64,000 bases of DNA from Alphaproteobacteria bacterium. Lineage in GTDB: Bacteria; Pseudomonadota; Alphaproteobacteria; Rs-D84; SZUA-605. The translations under genes and the position numbers were made by a program. Each line of letters starts with the position of its first letter. The first letter of the stretch is position 1. This document shows, one piece after another, positions 39,116 to 46,695 of the stretch. The notes beneath the pieces were generated by a model. That model was not told where the DNA came from, made no database searches, and saw only the letters and a list, made by a program, of their open reading frames with translations. Location of the stretch: positions 1-64,000 of the forward strand of contig JAVBPW010000002.1 of the NCBI GenBank assembly GCA_031549385.1. Reading direction: 5' to 3'.

Positions 39116-39236
39116 GACGCGTTGAAAATGGGCTGTAAACAAAAAGAAATGAAAATTACCAAACAATCACGTATGTTTAATACGCTCATGCTTGGAAATT
39201 TTAATTTTTTTCGTTTTCGTTCCATTTTGAACGGTC
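39116..39236. repeat. Dispersed palindromic hairpin element, copy 6 (between tyrS and cysS)
   Basis: Core TCACGTA-TGTTTAA-TACGCTCA; arms CCAAACA/TGCTTGG, AAAATT/AATTTT, AAAATGG-GC/GT-T-CCATTTT. Confidence 0.9.
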
Positions 39237-39256
39237 GTGGATAATAAGGATAAGAT

Positions 39257-40672
39257 ATGATAGGGAAAGTGAAAGTATTTAATACTATGACAAGAAAGGT
39301 AGAAGATTTTGAGCCAGTACATGCTGGAAAGGTTGGGTTTTATTCTTGTGGGCCTACTGTTTATTCTGAACCTCATATTGGGAATACTAGAGCTGCTTTG
39401 TTTGCTGACTTGTTAAAGAAAATGTTAGTACTTGCAGGATATGATGTTAAACATGTTATGAATATTACTGATGTAGGACATTTAGTTGGTGATAGTGATG
39501 ATGGTGAAGATAAAATAGAAAAAGAAGCTTCTGCTAAAGGAATAACTGCAAAAGATATTGCTGAAAAATATACTAAGATATTTTTTGATTATACTTCTGT
39601 TTTAAATATTAATATTCCTGATGTTGTTGCTAAAGTTACTGACCATATTCCAGAACAAATTGATTTTATTAAAGTATTGGAAGAAAAGGGTTTTACCTAT
39701 CAAACATCTGATGGAATTTATTTTGATACTTCAAAATTAAACGATTATGGTAAATTGGCAAAACTTGATATTGAAGGTTTGGAAGCTGGATCAAGAGTTG
39801 ATGTAGGTGAAAAGAAAAATTTAACTGATTTTGCTTTGTGGAAGTTTTCTCCATCAGATGGAGCTAAGAGACAACAAGAATGGAATAGCCCTTGGGGTGT
39901 TGGTTTTCCTGGTTGGCATCTTGAATGTTCAGCATTATCTTTAAAATATTTAGGATTTCCTTTTGATATTCATTCTGGTGGGTCTGATGCTATACCAGTT
40001 CATCATACTAATGAAATAGCTCAAAATGAAGCATACTGTGGATGTAATAGTGTTAAATATTGGATGCATGTAGGAATGCTTATTATGCCAGGGGGGGCTA
40101 AAATGTCTAAATCTCTTGGGCATAAGCAAACAGTTAAAACTGAACTGTTAGATAAGGGTATTGATCCGCTTGCTTATAGATATCTATGTTTGACTGCTCA
40201 TTATAGGTCGCAAATGATATTTTCTGAGGAAGCTTTAAGAGATAGTGCAACTGCATTGAAAAGATTACAAGCTAAGGCTTTGAAGATTAAAGAAGAAGCT
40301 AAAGATAGTACTACAGTTGGAGAAATAAGTGAAGGGGTTCAAGGTTTTTGCAAAAGAATTTCAGATGCTTTATTTGATGATCTACAAACTCCTAATGCTT
40401 TAGTTGCTTTCCGTGAAGCTTTGGATAGTGATATTTCAAATGTAGAAAAGCTATATATTATTGAACGATTTGATTCTGTATTTTGTTTGGATCTTTTAAA
40501 AGAAAAAGCAGAATTGGAAATTCCTCAAGAAGTACAAGATTTGCTTGAAAAACGTCAAATTGCACGTGCTAATAAAGATTTTAAGGCTTCTGATGAGTTG
40601 AGAGATAAGATTGCAGCGCTGGGGTTTGTTGTTAAGGATGGAAAAGATGGGCAAACTGTAGAAAAGATTTAA
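39257..40672 (+). CDS. cysS: Cysteine--tRNA ligase
   Basis: YSCGPTVY, HIGN, MNITDVGH, DFALWK, GFPGWHLECS, HHTNEIAQ, KMSKS. Confidence 0.97.
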   Translation: MIGKVKVFNTMTRKVEDFEPVHAGKVGFYSCGPTVYSEPHIGNTRAALFADLLKKMLVLAGYDVKHVMNITDVGHLVGDSDDGEDKIEKEASAKGITAKDIAEKYTKIFFDYTSVLNINIPDVVAKVTDHIPEQIDFIKVLEEKGFTYQTSDGIYFDTSKLNDYGKLAKLDIEGLEAGSRVDVGEKKNLTDFALWKFSPSDGAKRQQEWNSPWGVGFPGWHLECSALSLKYLGFPFDIHSGGSDAIPVHHTNEIAQNEAYCGCNSVKYWMHVGMLIMPGGAKMSKSLGHKQTVKTELLDKGIDPLAYRYLCLTAHYRSQMIFSEEALRDSATALKRLQAKALKIKEEAKDSTTVGEISEGVQGFCKRISDALFDDLQTPNALVAFREALDSDISNVEKLYIIERFDSVFCLDLLKEKAELEIPQEVQDLLEKRQIARANKDFKASDELRDKIAALGFVVKDGKDGQTVEKI

Positions 40673-40696
40673 GAAGTGATAATATATGTTAAAAAT

Positions 40697-40718
40697 GGAG
40701 CTGAAAAAGCTCCTTTTT
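40697..40718 (+). terminator. Intrinsic terminator
   Basis: GGAGCT-GAAAA-AGCTCC-TTTTT. Confidence 0.8.
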
Positions 40719-40748
40719 GATTGATAAATATAAATTATCAGATTTTAG

Positions 40749-40776
40749 TTGACAAATATATAAAAAGAGCTATATT
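40749..40776 (+). promoter_or_regulatory. sigma70 promoter
   Basis: TTGACA-16-TATATT. Confidence 0.7.
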
Positions 40777-40815
40777 TAGAGTATTCTTAGTAGAAATAAA
40801 CTTAAAAATAAAAAT

Positions 40816-41295
40816 ATGAGACCAGATGAAATTTTTAATAATCTGAAGCAGGGTAAGGCTTCTGTAGAAGATTTTTCCCAATATGTTAGAGAAAATCCTA
40901 TGAAAGTAACATTTACTGGGGTTATTAACTCTATAAGGGGTTGGTTTGATCACGTTTTACAAATGCAAATAATTAATGCCTTTATTGATATTCGGCCTAT
41001 ATCAGATGCTGGGTTTGAAGCGTTAATTACCGAGGCTTCTTTTCGAAAGGGTTTATACTTTTTGGAAATTGTTGTTGAGAAAACAAGGTTTTCAGAAAAA
41101 ACAGAGGCTGCGTTTGTGTATCAATGTTTGGTGAAGGAATGGGATGATTTGTTGAATGATTATTATAAAAAATATAATTTTCATAATGCTACATTTGACT
41201 TCATGCTGCAAATTGAAAAGTTTAAACAGACGCTAAACAATGCGGTGAAACAAGGAAGGCCACTCAAGTGGCTCCAAAAAATATTGTGTTCATGA
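40816..41295 (+). CDS. Orphan hypothetical protein (159 aa)
   Basis: Own promoter, AAACTTA SD-less leader, downstream terminator-like hairpin at 41327-41357. Confidence 0.7.
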   Translation: MRPDEIFNNLKQGKASVEDFSQYVRENPMKVTFTGVINSIRGWFDHVLQMQIINAFIDIRPISDAGFEALITEASFRKGLYFLEIVVEKTRFSEKTEAAFVYQCLVKEWDDLLNDYYKKYNFHNATFDFMLQIEKFKQTLNNAVKQGRPLKWLQKILCS

Positions 41296-41371
41296 GTTAA
41301 GTTTTATGTGTTAGTGAAGTGAGATTGGGGGCTAGTGATAGGCCTCCTTTCTTTTTTATTGAAAAGGTATT

Positions 41372-41395
41372 AAAAAAGAGGGCAATTGCCCTCTT
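41372..41395 (-). terminator. Intrinsic terminator of pal
   Basis: AAGAGGGC-AATT-GCCCTCTT with an A-run on the left. Confidence 0.8.
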
Positions 41396-41414
41396 AATTT
41401 TTTGAAGTTAAATC

Positions 41415-41864
41415 TTATTTAACTACAGATACTCCGCGACGGTTCTTTGACCATGCTTCTTCTGTGTTACCCAATACTTCTGGTCTTTCTTTTCCATAAG
41501 ATATTGTTGTAATACGAGATGAATCAACGCCTTTTGATGCTAAATATTCTTTAACAGCATTAGCACGTCTTGCACCTAAAGCTTGGTTGTATTCTCTTGT
41601 TCCTCTTTCGTCACAATGTCCTTCAACTTTCAAAGCTTTGTCTTTGAATGTTTCTAGCCATAATGCTTGCATATCAAGAGTTGATTGTGCGTCTGATCTG
41701 ATATCTGATCTGTCAAAATCAAAGTACACTTTGTTTCCTGCACGAGCTACGAAGTCTTGTGCTGTTCCTGGTGTTATTCCATCAATTGGATCTGGCAATT
41801 GGCTTGTAGATCCGCAAGCTGATAATAATAGAGCAGTCATTGCAATGCTTAGAACTTTTTTCAT
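41415..41864 (-). CDS. pal: Peptidoglycan-associated lipoprotein Pal
   Basis: Lipobox LSAC, VYFDFD, EGHCDERGTREYN.ALG.RRA, ISYGKERP, NRR. Confidence 0.96.
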   Translation of the reverse strand: MKKVLSIAMTALLLSACGSTSQLPDPIDGITPGTAQDFVARAGNKVYFDFDRSDIRSDAQSTLDMQALWLETFKDKALKVEGHCDERGTREYNQALGARRANAVKEYLASKGVDSSRITTISYGKERPEVLGNTEEAWSKNRRGVSVVK

Positions 41865-41947
41865 AATTTTCTCCTTTACTTAAGTTACTTTTAAAAGTAT
41901 GCTTGCATATTATATAAAAAATAATTGAAAATTGCAAGGGGTAATGT

Positions 41948-42688
41948 GTGGAAGATCCTATAATTTTGAAAAATTTGTTGGATTTTTTTATTCAAGCAGG
42001 TGTGGATGAAAACATCTCTGAAGAAAGCATTGACAATTATGAAATAAAGAAATCTAAAAATACTATTACTATTAATAAACAAGAGAATTCTGCGTTTGTT
42101 AAAAATGTTTCTGTTTCAGAAAAGACTGAAAAATTCCTTGAAAATGTTGATACATTAGATGGCTTGAAACAAGCGTTATTTGATTTTGATAATGAATTAA
42201 AAAATTATTGTATTAATACTATTTTTGGAAGGGGAGTTTATAATCCTATTGTTTTGGTTCTTGGGGAAATGCCTAATGCTGATACCGATAAAAGTGGAAA
42301 TGCTTTTTCTGGAAATAGTGGTGTTCTTCTTGAAAAAATGTTAGGTGCTATTGGTCTTTCTGATCAAAATAATGCCTTTTTAAGTTATGTCTTTCCTTAT
42401 AAAACACCAGGGAATAGAGTGCCTACTACTGATGAAATGTCTGTTATGATTCCGTTTGCAAAAAGATTGATTAAACTTTTAAATCCTAAGATTGTTATAA
42501 GTTTGGGAGTTGTGCCTCTTAATGCTTTGACCGATAACAATTATACTATTTCAAAAAATCATGGAGATGTGGTTGATTATAATGGTGTTAAATTTGTTGC
42601 TATCCATGAACCTGATGTGCTTTTGATGGATCTATCTAAGAAGGTGGTGGCGTGGGAAGATCTTCAAAATATCCAAAAATTATTTTAA
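41948..42688 (+). CDS. Uracil-DNA glycosylase family 4-like protein
   Basis: LGEMP...D..G..FSG.SG.LL.KML.AIGL, PGNRVPT..E, LNPKIVISLG. Confidence 0.8.
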   Translation: MEDPIILKNLLDFFIQAGVDENISEESIDNYEIKKSKNTITINKQENSAFVKNVSVSEKTEKFLENVDTLDGLKQALFDFDNELKNYCINTIFGRGVYNPIVLVLGEMPNADTDKSGNAFSGNSGVLLEKMLGAIGLSDQNNAFLSYVFPYKTPGNRVPTTDEMSVMIPFAKRLIKLLNPKIVISLGVVPLNALTDNNYTISKNHGDVVDYNGVKFVAIHEPDVLLMDLSKKVVAWEDLQNIQKLF

Positions 42689-42819
42689 AAACTAATTCTG
42701 TTGACTGTGATTCAAAAAGAGTCGAAAGTTCACTTCACAATCACGTATGTTTAATACGCTCATGCGAAGATGACTTTCAACTTTTTTGTTCTCGTCTAAC
42801 ATAATTAATTTTTTTAAAA
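42683..42819. repeat. Dispersed palindromic hairpin element, copy 7
   Basis: Core TCACGTA-TGTTTAA-TACGCTCA; arms CTTCACA/TGCGAAG, GAAAGT/ACTTTC, TGTT-GAC/GTC-T-AACA. Confidence 0.9.
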
Positions 42820-42906
42820 AAGTTTGCTCTTGTTTTAATTTTTTATTTGCTTGAAATTTTGGGAAAATTTTGGTAGCTTTTTTCTATATGTAAAAAGGAG
42901 TTTGTT

Positions 42907-43764
42907 TTGAAGAATCCTAAAGTTTCTGTGCTTATACCTGTATTTAATACTCAAGAAGAACATTTGAGAATGGCTATTGATAGCGTTTTATCTCAAACTT
43001 ATAAAGACTTTGAAGTTATTATAGTTAATAATTCACCTGAAAATGCAAATGTAAATAAGGTTTTGAAGACTTATACTGATAAACGTATTAAGTTTTTTAC
43101 TAATAAAAAAAATATGGGAATTTCAGATACTCGTAATCAAATGGTTGATCTTGCAACTGGCGAATACCTAGCTGTTATGGATCATGATGATATTTCTTTG
43201 CCTAATAGATTTGAAGAAGAAGTTAAATATTTAGATGCTCACCCAGAAGTAGGAGTTGTTTCTTGTTGGGTTAAAACCTATCCTGTTGGTAAATTATGGA
43301 AATATCCAGTGGAAAGTTCTGATATCAAAGTTGCTTTAATGGAAAAAAGTTTGATTGCTCATTCACCTGCTATGATCAGAAAGAAAGTTTTAACTGATAA
43401 TAAAATTAAATATGAATCTGCTTTTTCACCAGCTGAAGATTATGCGTTGTGGTGCAGATTAATTAATCTTACTGAATTCCATAATATTCCAGAAGTTTTA
43501 TTCCATTATAGAATGCATGAAACAAATGCTCATAAGGTTTTTAGTGATAAAATGGAAAAGGCTACTTATGCTGTGAGAGATTTTGTGCAAAAACAAAATC
43601 CAGTTTTATATCAACAATATTTATCAAGAATTACCTATAAAACTGTTACTAATCTTTTTGGATTTATTCCTTTTTTACTTACTAAGAAAAAGGGGAATTG
43701 TATTAAGTATTATCTGTTTAGAGTAATTCCTGTGTTTACATCAAAAACAAAATCTATTATTTAA
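42907..43764 (+). CDS. Glycosyltransferase family 2 (TTG start)
   Basis: PKVSVLIPVFN, SVLSQTY.DFE, GEYLAVMDHDD, AEDY.LW; AAGGAG RBS. Confidence 0.93.
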   Translation: MKNPKVSVLIPVFNTQEEHLRMAIDSVLSQTYKDFEVIIVNNSPENANVNKVLKTYTDKRIKFFTNKKNMGISDTRNQMVDLATGEYLAVMDHDDISLPNRFEEEVKYLDAHPEVGVVSCWVKTYPVGKLWKYPVESSDIKVALMEKSLIAHSPAMIRKKVLTDNKIKYESAFSPAEDYALWCRLINLTEFHNIPEVLFHYRMHETNAHKVFSDKMEKATYAVRDFVQKQNPVLYQQYLSRITYKTVTNLFGFIPFLLTKKKGNCIKYYLFRVIPVFTSKTKSII

Positions 43765-43860
43765 AAGATTGTTGTAATTTTTAATAAATTGAATATTATT
43801 ATAAATAAATAGGATTTAATTCCTATATATTTGTTGTAATTTGAATTTCAGGAGTTACCT

Positions 43861-44841
43861 ATGATAAAGATTTTTAAAAAATTGAATAAAAAACATAATG
43901 ACGAAGGTTTGTATAGAAATACGTATGAAAAACAATTTATGAAATCATATGTTGATTTTTTTGAATCTGATAAGTTTGAAGACACTTATAAACGTTTTGT
44001 TAAAAATATGGATGAACAAAGCACTCTGGAAATTGCTCGTATAGTTAATAGAATTAAATTAGCTTATTACTCTGATGAAAAAAGAATTGATATGTTTAAT
44101 GAAATTGAAAAAAAGGAAATGAAGCTTTCAAAAGATATGCAAAAAGATGTTGTTAAGATGTCAGATAATATGTTTTGCTATAAAGATTACTTTATGCCTT
44201 TTAATATGTTTGCTCCTGATATTTTTTATTCAGAATGTCACGTAAAAGGATTTGATTATCCACAAAGATTTGCTGATAAGGCTATTATGGATGTTGGAGC
44301 TATGATTGGTGATAGTGCTATTATTTTAGCTCGTCATACTAATGATAAGGTTTATTCTTTTGAACCTATTGATACTAATTATAAAGCTTTGCTTGCAACT
44401 ATTAAAATGAACGAATTGGAAGGTAAAATTATTCCTGAGAATTTAGCTTTGTCATCAGAAAATGGAAGTATTACTATTTCTTTATGTTCTGATGAAGTTA
44501 ATGGTGGCGCTTCTTTTGATGCTCGAAATGGGGAAATGAGATCCGTTGTTGTGAAAACTCAAACTTTAGATGAATATGTTGCTAAGAACAAAATTAAAGT
44601 TGGGCTTATTAAAGTTGATATTGAAGGTGCTGAACAAGAATTTTTAAAAGGGGCTATGAATGTTATTAAAACTCAAAGACCTTCTTTGGCTTTGAGTATC
44701 TATCATAAAGTGGAAGATTTGTTTGCAATTAAAATTATTGTTGATAATTTAAATTTAGGGTATAAATTTAAAGTAAAACGAACCTATGATGGGTTAATTT
44801 ATAATGAAACACTTTTACTTTGTGAGGTTGAAAAACAATGA
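43861..44841 (+). CDS. FkbM family methyltransferase
   Basis: DVGAMIGD, VYSFEP, TLD, LIKVDIEGAE, LALSIYH. Confidence 0.92.
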   Translation: MIKIFKKLNKKHNDEGLYRNTYEKQFMKSYVDFFESDKFEDTYKRFVKNMDEQSTLEIARIVNRIKLAYYSDEKRIDMFNEIEKKEMKLSKDMQKDVVKMSDNMFCYKDYFMPFNMFAPDIFYSECHVKGFDYPQRFADKAIMDVGAMIGDSAIILARHTNDKVYSFEPIDTNYKALLATIKMNELEGKIIPENLALSSENGSITISLCSDEVNGGASFDARNGEMRSVVVKTQTLDEYVAKNKIKVGLIKVDIEGAEQEFLKGAMNVIKTQRPSLALSIYHKVEDLFAIKIIVDNLNLGYKFKVKRTYDGLIYNETLLLCEVEKQ

Positions 44842-45746
44842 TTTATGATTGCTTTACTCTTTTTAATGAATTTGATGTCTTAGAAATTCGTCTTAATGTT
44901 CTTAATGATGTTGTTGATAAATTTGTTATAGTTGAAGGTGATAAAACTCATTCTGGTTTAGATAAACCTTTGTATTTTAAACAAGTTCAGACAAGATTTG
45001 AAAAATTTAAAGATAAGATAATTTATATCGCTGTGGAAGATTTTCCACCTTATAACAATAATTCTTGGGAATATGAAAATTATCAAAGAAATTGTATTGC
45101 TATTGGACTTACAAAAGCAAAGCCTGATGATATTATTTTAGTTTCTGATTTAGACGAAATACCAAGACCAGAAAAAATATTAGAATATAAAGATCAAGCT
45201 GGAATAGTAACTTTTGAACAAGATTTCTTTTACTATTTCTTGAATTGTAAGGGAATTCCTGGAAAAAGTAAGAAAGCTAAACGAAGAAGACAAGGCAAAT
45301 TTTTGGGAACTCGTATGATGTCTTATAAAGATTTTTTACATGGTTTGGATAATGTTGATTTGCCTGAAACAGAATATTATATCAAAAAATATTGTACTGG
45401 AACTACTGCTACTAAAATTAGACAATATGATAAGGGAGTTATTATAAAAGATGGTGGTTGGCATTTTTCATACCTTGGTGGAGTTGAGGCTATTATTAAA
45501 AAAATTAAAGCATTTGGACATCAAGAATTTAATTCAGAGAAATTTACTGATGCTAATAAAATACGAAAACTTATTGAAAGTGGAAGAGATATTTTTGGTA
45601 GAAAGCAAGTTATGTTTGAATTTGTAAAGATAGATGATAGTTATCCTAAATATATTATTGAAAATAAAGAAAAGTATGACTATTTGGTATTTAAGCCTTC
45701 AAAGTGGTACAAATTTAAGAGATTTTTTAAGAATTTATTTAGATAG
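44838..45746 (+). CDS. Glycosyltransferase family 17 (beta-1,4-GlcNAc transferase-like)
   Basis: MIYDCF.LFNE.D.LEIR, E..QRN, SDLDEIP, GGWHFSY, FGHQE. Confidence 0.88.
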   Translation: MIYDCFTLFNEFDVLEIRLNVLNDVVDKFVIVEGDKTHSGLDKPLYFKQVQTRFEKFKDKIIYIAVEDFPPYNNNSWEYENYQRNCIAIGLTKAKPDDIILVSDLDEIPRPEKILEYKDQAGIVTFEQDFFYYFLNCKGIPGKSKKAKRRRQGKFLGTRMMSYKDFLHGLDNVDLPETEYYIKKYCTGTTATKIRQYDKGVIIKDGGWHFSYLGGVEAIIKKIKAFGHQEFNSEKFTDANKIRKLIESGRDIFGRKQVMFEFVKIDDSYPKYIIENKEKYDYLVFKPSKWYKFKRFFKNLFR

Positions 45747-45794
45747 TTTGAAGATATCTTCCTATTTATTAATCTATAAAACAAAAGGATATAT

Positions 45795-46616
45795 ATGAAT
45801 ACAGACCGCTCAAAAATATACAATATCCGTCTTACGGATAATGATCCAAGAACTTATTCTATTAATTGGATTGATAAGAAAAATGCTAAAGTTTTAGATG
45901 TTGGTTGTGCATGTGGCGATTTTGTTGAAAATCTTAAAAAGTTAAAAGAAGTTTCTGCTTGGGGTATGGATTATAATCAAGGAAGCTTGGATATAGCTGA
46001 AAAAACAAAGGCGTTTGAGGAATTATTTCAAGTTGATTTAAATAATTTTGATGAAAATAAATATTCTAAGTTTAATTCCTTTTTTGATTATATAGTTTTT
46101 GGTGATGTGTTAGAACATATAATTAATCCTGAAAAAGTTTTAGAGGTATTTAAAAAGTTATTAAAAAAAGATGGATGCTTTTTAATTTCATTACCTAATG
46201 TTGCTCATGCAAGTATTAAAGCTAATTTATTGATTGATAATTTTGATTATACAGAAAATGGTCTTCTTGATAAAACTCATGTAAGATTTTTTACTTATAA
46301 AACAATTGCTAAATTCTATGCTGATTTGAATTTAGAAATCTTAGATTATAAATATACTAATTGGGCTGGGATTAAAGGAACTCAATTAAATAATCCATAT
46401 AAGAAACTTCCGTTTTTAGTAAAAAGATTTATTTTGAAAGATCCTCATTCTCATGTTTGTCAGTATGTTACTAAGTTACAAATTTCTGATAAAAATATAG
46501 AAGAGTTGAATGAGAAAAATTTAAAAATTTTAAAAGATGGAACTAAGGGATTAAGAGCTAAACCTAGAGGTTTAAAAAAATTAATTTATAAAGCTTTTAA
46601 AAGACTTTTTTCCTAG
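45795..46616 (+). CDS. Class I SAM-dependent methyltransferase (glycan-associated)
   Basis: VLDVGCACG, FDYIVFGDVLEH, SLPNVAH, GLLDKTHVRFFT. Confidence 0.9.
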   Translation: MNTDRSKIYNIRLTDNDPRTYSINWIDKKNAKVLDVGCACGDFVENLKKLKEVSAWGMDYNQGSLDIAEKTKAFEELFQVDLNNFDENKYSKFNSFFDYIVFGDVLEHIINPEKVLEVFKKLLKKDGCFLISLPNVAHASIKANLLIDNFDYTENGLLDKTHVRFFTYKTIAKFYADLNLEILDYKYTNWAGIKGTQLNNPYKKLPFLVKRFILKDPHSHVCQYVTKLQISDKNIEELNEKNLKILKDGTKGLRAKPRGLKKLIYKAFKRLFS

Positions 46617-46695
46617 TTTGAAAATTTTAATATTTCTTGATTAAAGATTAGAATCTGATACACTTTAATATGTATAGTTTTTATATCAAAAATGG

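Noticed and set aside
39116-39236. T-box or attenuator in front of cysS
   Set aside because: No T-box consensus (TGGNACCGCG) or specifier stem; the same element occurs next to unrelated genes
39001-39376. Short minus-strand ORFs crossing hairpin copy 6, and other short ORFs overlapping long genes in the ORF track
   Set aside because: Antisense or alternate-frame shadows of well-supported genes; reading frame is not conserved across repeat copies
2526-42819. Hairpin repeats as a CRISPR array
   Set aside because: Copies are kilobases apart, over 110 bp long, divergent in sequence, with no spacers and no cas genes
2526-42819. Hairpin repeats as integron attC sites
   Set aside because: No conserved RYYYAAC...GTTRRRY ends in attC order, no integrase, and they flank essential genes in both orientations; only the structural logic is analogous
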